NCBI GenBank assembly: GCA_963727805.1
Contig: CAVSHF010000005.1
Span: 224,001-288,000, forward strand
DNA: 64,000 nucleotides
DNA from: an uncultured Nitrospiraceae bacterium
GTDB lineage: Bacteria; Nitrospirota; Thermodesulfovibrionia; Thermodesulfovibrionales; Dissulfurispiraceae
Direction: 5' to 3'
The position numbers and the translations under genes are program-made. Below, piece after piece: positions 20,758 to 30,491 of this stretch. Below the pieces are notes generated by a model that saw nothing but the letters and a program-made list of their open reading frames with translations, was not told the DNA's origin and made no database searches. Positions within the stretch are counted from its first letter, which is position 1. Each line of letters opens with the position of its first letter.

Positions 20758-21273
20758 TCCCACGCTTTCTTTAAGAATCGGTAATGACCTGCATTGAACC
20801 GATAACTTTATACCCGACCGCGTTCTTTTTGTAGCAATGCTGATGGTACTCCTCTGCTTTATAAAAAACATCGAACGGACGAATTTCGGCGACAATCGGT
20901 TGCTTGAACCTACCTAATTTAGCGATGCTCTCCGTCGATTTCTCCGCAAACCGTTTCTGTTCTTCGGAACGATATAGAATATTGAATGATACTGCGTACC
21001 CCTGTCAACGAGCTGGCCGTTGCGCTCGGCGGGATCAATCTGCCGCCAGAGACATCGAGGATATTATTCATAGCTCACTTTCGACGGATCAAAAGTCACT
21101 AAATAAACCAGCATGGCCTGTAGGACTCAATGCAACCCGCTTGTATGTCAGATTCTGTTTATTTCCGTACGCATATCCGACAATCACGTCGATGGGACCA
21201 TCAAGTTTTTCAAAGGGTGGTTCCCTGCACCCTAAGGACCCGCTAGCAATAGTGACACTCCCACGCGGCAAGC

Positions 21274-22954
21274 AGGCTGTCCGACAATTATCGAAATTAG
21301 AGACAAATGACGGATGCCTCGCCATCCTGAAAACATAACGGGGCTATCTGCTTTATACATAGTATCTCCAGCAAAAGCTTCCTTGGCGTATGGCAGTAGT
21401 TGCCCTCTTTCGGAGGCTTTCCTCTTCCCTTCAGGCATTCCCATATCTTTTTCAGATTTACTGCCGTACAGGCAAGGTTAAATTCCGACCTTACCGAATT
21501 AATTCCTCTCGTCAGAAATGTTCGCAATCCTTTGTTCTCCTTGATATCGCCGATCACAGGTTCAACAATCTGTTGTCTAAGCTTATATATATATCTTGCT
21601 GCAGGCGTTTTCATTTTTTCAGTCATCGCATTGCAGTGAACTTCGTGAGGGAACACCTTCAGAGAGCGTATGCCGTCCTTCTGTTTGGTACACAGTCGCT
21701 GATGCTCACATCCCAAGCATCTCTGACCACGATAGACTCTCACCATCTTGTCCCTCTGTCTGTCAAAATGTTCGCCCAAGAATGTTAGCGGGTGATCAGC
21801 AGGACAAATATACTCATCCCTTTGTTTATTGTATGTAAAGTTCTTCTTGTCGTATGGGTTGTTTGCCCGCGTCCCACTATTGTCAGGCATGTATGCATCT
21901 ATCTTCCTGTCCGATAGAAATGCAATGTTCTCACCGCTAAAATATCCAGAATCAAAACTCCAAATAATACTATCAGCAATTCCGCCAAGATTCTCTGTGG
22001 TTTGTATAACCTGAGGTTGCAACTGGCTGACATCTGCAGCATTCTGCCCCACGTCACTAGCCAAAATGAACCCACCCTTATCCACTGTCACCTGAGGATT
22101 ATAAGAAAGCTCTATCCTGCCTTTCTTATTTTTCATAAAACGACTATCAGGATCTGTCGTGCTTACCTGCTTTAGCCCTTCCTCATTAACTTTGTCTTGA
22201 GCTCCTTGAAGACCTTCTCTGAGTCGACCTATAAAAACATGTCCTTCTTCTTTAGCCCTCTTAACATAGTACTGTGCAGCTTTCTGAACAAGTTTTTTGC
22301 CCTGCCGGGACAGTTGGTCGCTACCCCGTAGTTCACCGAACTGCCGATCCTCACTCTCATCAATCTCTGCCCACTCCTGAAGCTCACCATCGACAAAGCT
22401 TCTCAGAACCGCCAACTCCTCTTTTGTTAATACTCGCCTGTTTGATGCATTTGCCTTCACTTTGGTTCCATCTGTCGACAGATGCGACAAATCCAACAAT
22501 CCTTCCTCTTTGGCAAAACTAACTGTGTGCTTGAAGACTTCCTTTAGTAGATCAGGGTTGTTCTTTCTGAAATCGCTGATAGTCCTGAAGTCAGGAGTCA
22601 GCTTCTCCGCCAAATATATATACACCACGTTCTCTCTGGCATTGCGTGCCAGTCGACGAGATGAGCGCACCCTGTCCAGAACTCCCATGATCAGCAACTT
22701 CACCAGCATTTTTGGATGATATGCCGGATGTCCGGCACCTGAATAGCGGATATCGAAGCAACCATAATCCAGGGAGTCAACCAATCCTTCAATGAGAAAA
22801 CAAATATGATCTTCGGGTATCATATCTTCTAAACTCGGCGGCAGTAGCCAGGATTGCCCTCCATACGACTCAATGTATGCCATCGGGTGTACTCCTTGAT
22901 ATCGTTCTTAAATATATTCTACCACCGGATAACTTGATAATTGTCGGACAGCCT
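21274..22954 (-). mobile_element. IS1182-family insertion sequence, apparently complete
   Basis: Perfect 19-bp terminal IRs AGGCTGTCCGACAATTATC; 6-bp direct repeat GCAAGC at 21268-21273 and 22955-22960; single transposase. Confidence 0.93.
21297..22883 (-). CDS. IS1182-family DDE transposase
   Basis: LLPPSLEDMIPEDH, PAYHP, PDFRTISDFRK, DGTKVKANAS, TDPDSRFMK, DSGYFS, VEPVIGDIK. Confidence 0.95.
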   Translation of the reverse strand: MAYIESYGGQSWLLPPSLEDMIPEDHICFLIEGLVDSLDYGCFDIRYSGAGHPAYHPKMLVKLLIMGVLDRVRSSRRLARNARENVVYIYLAEKLTPDFRTISDFRKNNPDLLKEVFKHTVSFAKEEGLLDLSHLSTDGTKVKANASNRRVLTKEELAVLRSFVDGELQEWAEIDESEDRQFGELRGSDQLSRQGKKLVQKAAQYYVKRAKEEGHVFIGRLREGLQGAQDKVNEEGLKQVSTTDPDSRFMKNKKGRIELSYNPQVTVDKGGFILASDVGQNAADVSQLQPQVIQTTENLGGIADSIIWSFDSGYFSGENIAFLSDRKIDAYMPDNSGTRANNPYDKKNFTYNKQRDEYICPADHPLTFLGEHFDRQRDKMVRVYRGQRCLGCEHQRLCTKQKDGIRSLKVFPHEVHCNAMTEKMKTPAARYIYKLRQQIVEPVIGDIKENKGLRTFLTRGINSVRSEFNLACTAVNLKKIWECLKGRGKPPKEGNYCHTPRKLLLEILCIKQIAPLCFQDGEASVICL

Positions 22955-23248
22955 GCAAGCCACGGGGCACTCTGCAAAGGCTTTCGGTAGCTTTTTCGTA
23001 TTTCGTTTCGGCAGCCGCTTTTGCGGTCATGAACATGAGAATCATCCCGATGAATACTGGATGTATTCTTTCCTTGATAACACCTGTCGCCCTTCCCTCG
23101 GTCCCTCCTCTGCCACCTGCCAGAGAGGATGCTGCTATTAAGAGCAGCCGAGTAACTCTTCCCTGAGCATTGCTAAGAAGAACCCTAGTTTCAAAGAAGC
23201 CTATAGGCGTCAGTGCTTAATTGCGCTGATTCCATCCGTTCCTTTATA

Positions 23249-23494
23249 ATGAAACCCATGGTCGCCGTGATACTAATAATGCTTCTTGCTTTTGCGATGA
23301 ATATTCCCCTCGGCTCTCTGAGAACCCGGACCCGAAAATTTTCAACACGGTGGTTCCTCTATGTGCATATGTCGATACCTGTCATCATAGTTGCCCGCGT
23401 CCTCTCACATACCGACTTTCGCTTTATTCCCCTTTTTATTCTTGCTGCAGTAGCAGGGCAACTTCTAGGCGGTCGAATGGCATTGCATCTATGA
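23249..23494 (+). CDS. Small membrane hypothetical protein
   Basis: NIPLG...KFS..WFLYVH.SIP pattern, hydrophobic; ATGA overlap with next gene. Confidence 0.75.
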   Translation: MKPMVAVILIMLLAFAMNIPLGSLRTRTRKFSTRWFLYVHMSIPVIIVARVLSHTDFRFIPLFILAAVAGQLLGGRMALHL

Positions 23495-24507
23495 AGGCTG
23501 TTTACCTGATGCAGCCGGGTACCGTCGAAGTGAAGGACATTCCGACACCCAACCCCGCGTTCGGTGAGGTCCTCGTCAGGGTCCGAGCAGCCCTTACCTG
23601 CGGCACTGACCTGAAGGCTTTCGTGAGAGGACATCCGATGATCCCGATGCCAGGCGTGTTCGGTCATGAATTCTCCGGGGTTGTAGAAGAAGCCGGGACA
23701 GGGGTACGTGGCTTCAAGCCTGGGGATGAAGTGATGTCCGTACATACAGCCCCTTGCCATAAGTGCCCCTATTGCGCAATAAAACTATACAATCTTTGCG
23801 AGAATATCATGCACACAAAGATACTCGGCGCATTTGCCGAGCATATCATCATCCCGCAGAACATCTTAAAGCAGAACGTATTCCATAAGCCACCGCACCT
23901 TTCCTTTGAAGAAGCGGCCTTCCTCGAGCCCCTTGCCTGCGTCGTTCACGGCATGAGAGGGCTCAGCATAAAAAAAGAAGACTCAGTACTGATCATTGGC
24001 ACCGGGCCGATCGGACTTCTGCACCTGCTTTTAGCCAAGGTGAAAGGCGCCAGAGTGACGATAAGCGGCCTCGAATCTGACAGGCTTGAAACAGCGAGAC
24101 AATTAGGTGCGGACAACATTAGCCTGCCTTCCTTGCTCGTTAAAAACATTGAGACGGCAACCGCGGGTATCGGGTTCGACTATGTGTTTGAATGCACAGG
24201 CCAGATTGAAGTGTGGGAAAACGCGGTAAACTATGTGCGGCGGGGCGGGACGGTCATTCTTTTCGGCGGGTGCAAACCAGGCTCGGTAGTCACATATGAC
24301 ACTTACCATATCCATTACGACGAGATCACCCTCAAGGGCATATTCCATTTCACGCCCGCAGATGTAAAGGAGGCATATAAACTGCTCAGCAGCGGCGTGA
24401 TCAACGTCAAGACTCTAATTAGCGGGAACTATCCTCTTGAAAAAATTCACGAACCATTCGACAAGCTTTCGCGCGGCGAAGGCATCAAATACGCAATTAC
24501 TCCATAA
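23491..24507 (+). CDS. Zinc-dependent medium-chain dehydrogenase (sorbitol/threonine dehydrogenase-like)
   Basis: CGTD, GHEFSG, CxxCxxC...C structural Zn site, EPLAC, GTGPIG. Confidence 0.93.
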   Translation: MKAVYLMQPGTVEVKDIPTPNPAFGEVLVRVRAALTCGTDLKAFVRGHPMIPMPGVFGHEFSGVVEEAGTGVRGFKPGDEVMSVHTAPCHKCPYCAIKLYNLCENIMHTKILGAFAEHIIIPQNILKQNVFHKPPHLSFEEAAFLEPLACVVHGMRGLSIKKEDSVLIIGTGPIGLLHLLLAKVKGARVTISGLESDRLETARQLGADNISLPSLLVKNIETATAGIGFDYVFECTGQIEVWENAVNYVRRGGTVILFGGCKPGSVVTYDTYHIHYDEITLKGIFHFTPADVKEAYKLLSSGVINVKTLISGNYPLEKIHEPFDKLSRGEGIKYAITP

Positions 24508-24527
24508 AGGCTTATCCGCCGAGAAAC

Positions 24528-25310
24528 TTAAGCAATGGGGAGCTCGCCTTCGGTTAAAATGGGATTATCCTCAGCCGACTCACCCTGCCTCATTATCCAG
24601 ATGGTGCTGAACTGACTGTCCTGATAGACTCGTACGAGGCCAAGGCGGAGTATTTCGAGCAGGGCAAGGAATGTGACGATGATCTGTACACGCCTCCTAT
24701 CTTCTTCAAAGAGCAGTTCGAACCGTATTGCATCCTCCTGCTCCAATTTATTGAGGATCGTTGCAATACGGTCTTTTACCGTGAGCGTTTCCTTGGTGAT
24801 CCTTACCTCTTCGGGCGGCGCCTTGCTCAGGATTTTGTTCAGCGCGCCGACAAGATCGAATAGATTGACCTCAAACAGGGCAAGCTCTGGCTCGATAGCA
24901 GACTTTTCGATTTCGAGGGGCTGTCTTGCGAAGACGTTCATCCAGACTTCCTCTCTCTTCCTAAGTTCGCCGGAGGCTTCCTTGAATGCCTGGTATTCAA
25001 GAAGTCTCTGAACCAGTCCCGCCCTGGGGTCTTCCTGCTCACCGCTGTCTACAATCTCATCCTGAGGCAGCAGCATGCGGGACTTGATAAAAATGAGGGT
25101 TGCTGCGATCACCAGAAATTCAGAAGCTATCTCGAGATTGAGTTCCGTCATGATCTCGAGGTATGCGAGATACTGCTTCGTAATCACGGATATGGGGATA
25201 TCGTAAATATCAAGCTTATTTTCTTTGATCAGATGCAGAAGAAGATCGAGGGGTCCTTCGAAAACTGGCACCTTCACGCTATATGCACTGCTTGAGTCAG
25301 AAATATCCAT
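24528..25310 (-). CDS. scpA: Segregation and condensation protein A
   Basis: FEGPLDLLLHLI, FLVIAATL.IKSRMLLP, TFLALLE; start 25310 or 25334. Confidence 0.95.
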   Translation of the reverse strand: MDISDSSSAYSVKVPVFEGPLDLLLHLIKENKLDIYDIPISVITKQYLAYLEIMTELNLEIASEFLVIAATLIFIKSRMLLPQDEIVDSGEQEDPRAGLVQRLLEYQAFKEASGELRKREEVWMNVFARQPLEIEKSAIEPELALFEVNLFDLVGALNKILSKAPPEEVRITKETLTVKDRIATILNKLEQEDAIRFELLFEEDRRRVQIIVTFLALLEILRLGLVRVYQDSQFSTIWIMRQGESAEDNPILTEGELPIA

Positions 25311-25457
25311 GGTCAGTAAGTGTAACGCAGCCATCCGTAAAACTTCAAACCAGGACGGGCCATTGACAACCAGGATTCGTCGACCAAAAAGAACACCATC
25401 TGCCGTGTGCCGCCCGGGGCATTTGATTGATCACGCTCGCCGGGTGTCAGATTAGCT

Positions 25458-26201
25458 CTAGACTGCAGTCATGTCAGAAGGAGAAGAATAATTCTCCTGC
25501 TTTGAAAAGGCCAGGATAGCAAGGAAAATCAGGTTGACGATCGGCACAAGCATGAGGAGACCGAGCCATTTATTTTTTCCAACATTCTCAGTTATGCAAA
25601 TCCATAGATAGATAATGGCAGCCAGATTAAGCAACCCGAAGATAATTCCCACGACAGAAATCAGAGACAATGCACTTAAGGCAGCAATAATTGCAAGCCA
25701 CCACCACTCCCGGCCTGCCGCAGCAACAAAAGTCCACAGATTGACAAGAGGAATCCATGCCATCCAGGGATGAGGGATTGCCGTCTTTTTCGCAATGAGA
25801 TAAAGACAGAGAGAAACATAAATATATCCAGCGAGAACAATAAGTAGCATAAAACCCGAAATCATGGCAAGAATCTTACTTGGGACAAAAGGTATTCCCT
25901 CGCCTTGAAGGGACATAGGCAATTTTTTGCGAATATCTTCGGGCAGTAAAAATATCTTGCCGGCGTCACGTTGCTGATCGGTTTGTTGAACTTCCGAGTT
26001 AGAGGTAGCAGATTGATTAGCCTGGGTCTGATTTGCTGCATTACCTGCTTCAGGTGCCTTTTTCTTTGCAGCCTTGGGTGGGGGATAATCGGTTACCCAC
26101 GTATGGCCTTTTTCATCGACCCATTTATGGAGCGCAGCAGAGGATGAAGAAACATAAAAACAAAACAGAAAGACAATTAGCCACGATACTATCTGTTTCA
26201 T
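25458..26201 (-). CDS. DUF4124-domain membrane protein with DUF5684-like C-terminus
   Basis: Signal peptide, HKWVDEKG..VTDYPP, WMAWIPLVN followed by TM helices; GGAGG RBS. Confidence 0.75.
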   Translation of the reverse strand: MKQIVSWLIVFLFCFYVSSSSAALHKWVDEKGHTWVTDYPPPKAAKKKAPEAGNAANQTQANQSATSNSEVQQTDQQRDAGKIFLLPEDIRKKLPMSLQGEGIPFVPSKILAMISGFMLLIVLAGYIYVSLCLYLIAKKTAIPHPWMAWIPLVNLWTFVAAAGREWWWLAIIAALSALSLISVVGIIFGLLNLAAIIYLWICITENVGKNKWLGLLMLVPIVNLIFLAILAFSKQENYSSPSDMTAV

Positions 26202-26419
26202 TTGTCCTCCCTCTCGGGCTTTTTTACATCTTATCATAAAATTCTTGCTTGTTGATATATTATCCTCCTACAATCTCCCTGATTGTAGGACAATTACTTA
26301 CATCTTAATCATCTGTACTCTTATGGATGAAATATCCCCACTCATGGTAAATTATAAGCTATGATTCAATGGCTGTCATATCATTTGAATCTAGAAACCA
26401 TCCGAAAAGGAGCAAATTC

Positions 26420-27121
26420 ATGAAAGTATTTATCATTGCAGCCTTAACCCTTGCCCTTTGCGCGGGGCAGACCGTTGCGGCAGAGAAAAAGGAAATGAGT
26501 GAGAAGGAAAAACTTAGTTACAGCCTTGGGTACACTCAAGGGTCTAGTATGGACGGTTTTTTCAAAGCCCAATCTATCGATGTTGATAAAAATATTCTTA
26601 TCAAAGCTATTAAAGATGGCCTTAGTGGTGCAAAGCCATCGCTGACTGACGAGGAAATGCGAGCGACTATGGCCGCATTCCAGAAAAACATTATGGCAAA
26701 AAGAGCGGAGGCTATGAAGGAAAGCGCTGAAAAAAGCAAAAAGGCAGCAGAGGTCTACCTTGAAGCAAACAAGAAGAAGGAGGGGGTCGTAACGCTTCCT
26801 AGCGGCCTGCAGTACAAGGTGCTGACACAGGGCACGGGGAATACCCCCAAGGCGACTGATAAGGTTAAGGTCAACTATAAGGGCACCCTGATTGATGGGA
26901 CTGAATTCGACAGCTCGTACAAGCGGGGAGAACCCTCAGTGTTCCAGATAGATAAAGTCATCGCCGGATGGACCGAGGCTCTTCAACTAATGAAAGAAGG
27001 CTCTAAGTGGGAGATATACATACCAGCCAATCTCGCTTATGGGGAGCGCGGGGGTAGCCCCTTGATAGGGCCGAACTCGACTCTCATCTTTGAGATTGAA
27101 CTTATTTCAATAGAGAAATAA
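26420..27121 (+). CDS. FKBP-type peptidyl-prolyl isomerase (FkpA/Mip-like)
   Basis: Signal peptide, KLSYSLG, TLPSGLQYKVL, FDSSYKRG, GWTEALQLM, LAYG. Confidence 0.96.
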   Translation: MKVFIIAALTLALCAGQTVAAEKKEMSEKEKLSYSLGYTQGSSMDGFFKAQSIDVDKNILIKAIKDGLSGAKPSLTDEEMRATMAAFQKNIMAKRAEAMKESAEKSKKAAEVYLEANKKKEGVVTLPSGLQYKVLTQGTGNTPKATDKVKVNYKGTLIDGTEFDSSYKRGEPSVFQIDKVIAGWTEALQLMKEGSKWEIYIPANLAYGERGGSPLIGPNSTLIFEIELISIEK

Positions 27122-27158
27122 AGAAAAGGCGCCGGTGACATGCCGGCGCCTTTTTCTT
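27121..27158. terminator. Intrinsic, probably bidirectional terminator
   Basis: AAAAGGCGCCGG-tgacatg-CCGGCGCCTTTTT. Confidence 0.85.
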
Positions 27159-27298
27159 ACCCTCCGCAGTTTGTTTCGAAGTCTTTGCTGTAACCTCCAC
27201 CACCTGCTTTTGTAATCCGTCAGAAATTCGAAGCTTTCCTGATTTGTTGGCTTCAACTTATGCTCGATGTCGCCGATAATTAAAGAAAGGAGCCAGAA

Positions 27299-27484
27299 AT
27301 GAAACCGCGTAAAGTGATGAGAGAAAACCACGATGCTGTCATCTGTGCAAAGATGATCGAGTTACTTCACACTCAGGGGATAGAATCGGCCGAGGTCTGG
27401 CTCAGAGAGATCAGGAAGAATGATTTCTATGACCAGATTGAGCAAGAATACTTGAGCTCCAAAAAGATCATCTATATTAGTTAA
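27299..27484 (+). CDS. Small hypothetical protein
   Basis: Strong RBS AAAGGAG before ATG; 61 codons; no motif recognised. Confidence 0.5.
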   Translation: MKPRKVMRENHDAVICAKMIELLHTQGIESAEVWLREIRKNDFYDQIEQEYLSSKKIIYIS

Positions 27485-27712
27485 TTTCGCTTGAAGCTTC
27501 CCCATCCGGCAGCCAATCTCGCAACGCCTCTCTTGTCCTTATCGTTCTCCTACCTCAAGCCAGCCGCTGATCACGTATGTGCATCTGTGCGCTGGCTGCC
27601 GGAGAGTCCAAGTGAAGAACTCTTTGCACATTTGATTTCATTTCTCTGAGAGGATACAATTTGATAGTATATGTTGACAATACATGTTACTCTGGCAGGA
27701 GGAGACTTGACT

Positions 27713-28147
27713 GTGAAAAAGAAATCGACATTGTTGATCGCACTTTTCTTTATATTATTTGCTGCATTTCCCGCACAGGCTGCCGACAAAATTCCTGAAG
27801 AACTGGTAAGAGAGGCAAAAGCGGCCATCAAGGAGCTGTCTGTCGATGAAGTCAAAAAAATAGTCGATGATAAAAGGGAGACCGTTGTGCTGCTCGATGT
27901 CAGGGACAGCAATGAATTGGAACAAGGGATTATTCCTGGCGCAATAAACATTTCACGCGGTCAGTTGGAATTCAAAGTACGAATGATACTCCCGGACAGG
28001 AATGCCAAGATAATTGTCTATTGCGGACTGGATCTGAGAGGGCCTCTCGCAACGAAAACATTGAATGATCTTGGATACAAGAATGCGGTCAACATGTCAG
28101 GCGGTCTCAAGGCATGGAGAGAAGCCGGGTATCCTTTGGTCAAATAA
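27713..28147 (+). CDS. Exported single-domain rhodanese (sulfurtransferase)
   Basis: AGGAGG RBS, GTG start, signal peptide ending AQA, LLDVR, IPGA, active loop CGLDLR, GGLKAW. Confidence 0.9.
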   Translation: MKKKSTLLIALFFILFAAFPAQAADKIPEELVREAKAAIKELSVDEVKKIVDDKRETVVLLDVRDSNELEQGIIPGAINISRGQLEFKVRMILPDRNAKIIVYCGLDLRGPLATKTLNDLGYKNAVNMSGGLKAWREAGYPLVK

Positions 28148-28259
28148 TACGTTAACAGATTCTTTCCATATCGATTATATAAAGAATTGCCCAAGCGTTT
28201 ATTTATATTGACTATAGTACACTAATAAAAATATCTGTAGTTTGAAGGGGAGGATACTG

Positions 28260-28697
28260 ATGAAGTTGCCTGAATACATTACTGTTGATGAAGTGAAAAG
28301 GGTCTGCAAAGAGCTGAAGCTCAGGGACTGGACAGCGTTGAAAGAGACCTCGGTCCCCATGACAGAAGCAAAGATTATTTTACCGCTTGTCAACACCGAC
28401 AGCATGGACATCGATATCGAAGAATTTCGCAAAGGTCTTGAAGTGGAACTCGAACACGGCTTTGCCTTTACAAACTTCAATGTCACCAATAACCATCCTG
28501 TGCTCACTGCGAAGATTGTGATGGCCCACTTTATGGAGACCGCTGATTATTATAGGCTTCTCGATGTAGCGGAACTAGAGGGCGACCTTCTCAAGGCCCT
28601 AGTCGCGGGCAATATCGAAAAAGCGCGTTCGAAATATAAGAAACTGGCTGATGCAAGGTCAACCCTCGGCAAGGTAGAATCCAGTCGGCTTTCATAG
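28260..28697 (+). CDS. DUF5661-like protein
   Basis: FRKGLEVELEHG, NVTNNHP, KIVMAHF.E..DYY..L; GGAGG RBS. Confidence 0.75.
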   Translation: MKLPEYITVDEVKRVCKELKLRDWTALKETSVPMTEAKIILPLVNTDSMDIDIEEFRKGLEVELEHGFAFTNFNVTNNHPVLTAKIVMAHFMETADYYRLLDVAELEGDLLKALVAGNIEKARSKYKKLADARSTLGKVESSRLS

Positions 28698-28864
28698 ATT
28701 TTTTGGCCACAGGTGCTGCGGTACAACACCTGTGGCCTCAGCGCTAGTATCATATTATTATTGGGTATGCAGTTGACCATCTTGTGACATGCTATCTTAC
28801 TCATTGGAAATCGCGCAAAAGATTACTAAAATGATAGGAGAAACAAATTAGACAGGAGGGTCTC

Positions 28865-29641
28865 ATGAGATATTTTATTGCGTTTATTATGGTCATTGTC
28901 TGGTGCACCGGATTGCAGGCCGAGGTCCTTACCAAGACAGTGCAATACCGGGACGGCAACACAGTCCTTGAGGGCTTTCTTGCCTATGACAACAGCACTC
29001 AGGGGAAAAGGCCGGGCGTTCTCGTCGTCCATGAATGGTGGGGATTGAATACCTTTACGATGAAACGCGCCGAAGAGATAGCCCGCCTGGGCTACGTCGC
29101 ATTTGCAGTTGATATGTACGGTGCAGGGGTAGCAACGAACGATCCACAGGTGGCCACCAAACTTTCGGGGACTTACCGGAATGACCGCAAACTGATGCGT
29201 GAACGCGCGATGGCGGGGCTCCAGGTGCTAATAAACAATCCGCTCGTTGAATCCGAGAAGATCGCAGCAATCGGATATTGTTTCGGCGGGACAACGGTCC
29301 TTGAACTCGCACGTGGTCACGCTCCCGTTGTCGGTGTTGTGAGCTTTCACGGAGGTCTTGACACGCCTGCACCCGCAGACACAAAAGATGTGAAGGCCAA
29401 AGTCCTCGTCCAACATGGTGCAGATGACCCATTTGTCTCAAAGGAGCAGATAAATACCTTTATGGACGAGATGCGGAAATCGAGCGCCGACTGGCAGATG
29501 ATATTCTACGGAGGAGCTGTCCACAGCTTTACGAATCCCGAAGCCGACAAATTCGCCATAAAGGGAATTGCATACAATGAAAAAGCCGACAAGCGGTCAT
29601 GGAGTGCTATGCGCCAGTTCCTGAATGAACTGCTCAAGTAA
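28865..29641 (+). CDS. Exported dienelactone hydrolase family protein
   Basis: HEWWGLN, GYCFGG, HGADDP, AVHSFT; signal peptide. Confidence 0.93.
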   Translation: MRYFIAFIMVIVWCTGLQAEVLTKTVQYRDGNTVLEGFLAYDNSTQGKRPGVLVVHEWWGLNTFTMKRAEEIARLGYVAFAVDMYGAGVATNDPQVATKLSGTYRNDRKLMRERAMAGLQVLINNPLVESEKIAAIGYCFGGTTVLELARGHAPVVGVVSFHGGLDTPAPADTKDVKAKVLVQHGADDPFVSKEQINTFMDEMRKSSADWQMIFYGGAVHSFTNPEADKFAIKGIAYNEKADKRSWSAMRQFLNELLK

Positions 29642-29909
29642 CATTCTTTAAAACCAGTTTGATAATTGTCAAGATAACAAGTCTTCAAATGAAGGGCTTG
29701 TTTCTCGAAGCATTTCCGTAGATGTTGCTAAAAGCGGCTCACTTAGTTCAGGAGTTAGTGGACATCCTCCACAACATAAACATCAGGGGGGGGACCCCGC
29801 GAAGCCACGAGTTTTTCTCGCCCAAGCAAAAGGGTCATCCCTGGATGCTGAGCCCAAACCGGATCGAGAAATACTAATTGGGTATTTTTCAGGTCGAAGG
29901 GTTGCCGAG

Positions 29910-30491
29910 TCAATGTTTGCGGGGTAGGCACGGAATCAGGCGTGGGACTCTTTTCATGTAATCCCGATAAGGCTTGCCAAAACGCAGTGCAAGCTCCTTT
30001 TCTTCAAGGGGAATGACAATCATGTTAACAACGATGAAGTCGGCGAAGGTCAGAATTCCGACAGCTGTCACGCCTGTAAAGAGAAACATGCCGACTAACA
30101 TCATAGTGTGTGCAAGATAGGTGGGGTGCCGCACAACTGCGAAGGGGCCTTTGTCGATGAGTCTGGATTCCTTTGGGTTAACTATCTCTGGTATGCCGAC
30201 GAGACTGCGAGGAGATAGGAGCACCCCCGTCCACATGTGAAGTAGAGAGCCGCCCAAAAGGAGAATCAGGCCTAAACTGGAAAGTAAAATGGGAAATTCG
30301 ATTATGTTGAAGACAAAGAGATCGCGGTTCAAGAAAATAAAATATGCGATTGGGATCCAGAAGATCGCAGCAAATATATAGGTCAATCTGCCGAATCGCC
30401 GGAGGACCCCGGTTCCCAAGTGGACAGGAATCCAGAAAAGAGGGATCACCGGCCACAACATCAGTGTACCTAAGGCTAGGAATATCTTCAT
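29910..30491 (-). CDS. Isoprenylcysteine carboxylmethyltransferase/PEMT-family membrane protein
   Basis: GPFAVVRHPTY, EEKEL..RFG..Y..YM.RVPR. Confidence 0.88.
   Translation of the reverse strand: MKIFLALGTLMLWPVIPLFWIPVHLGTGVLRRFGRLTYIFAAIFWIPIAYFIFLNRDLFVFNIIEFPILLSSLGLILLLGGSLLHMWTGVLLSPRSLVGIPEIVNPKESRLIDKGPFAVVRHPTYLAHTMMLVGMFLFTGVTAVGILTFADFIVVNMIVIPLEEKELALRFGKPYRDYMKRVPRLIPCLPRKH

Larger units (their letters stand above)
20760..23078 (-). pseudogene. msrA: Decayed exported peptide-methionine sulfoxide reductase MsrA, split by insertions
   Basis: Minus-strand fragments YEKAT / EPPFEKLDG..DVIVGY..TGHA / VTFDPSKVSYE* / WRQIDP...GQLVDRGTQY / PIVAEI..FYKAEEYHQ across frameshifts and a stop; GCFWC site mutated to GSLGC; ends approximate. 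Confidence 0.85.

Noticed and set aside
20904..21338. 144-aa plus-strand ORF
   Set aside because: Antisense shadow of the msrA pseudogene that runs into the IS end
29659..29670. 12-bp match (TTGATAATTGTC) to the IS1182 end region
   Set aside because: Short, AT-rich and lacking the terminal GGACAGCCT; compatible with chance
29780..29908. Resemblance to a c-di-GMP-I riboswitch (GCGAAGCCACG, GGGTTGCCGA)
   Set aside because: No GGCAAA/GNRA-receptor architecture, wrong spacing, and no downstream gene on that strand
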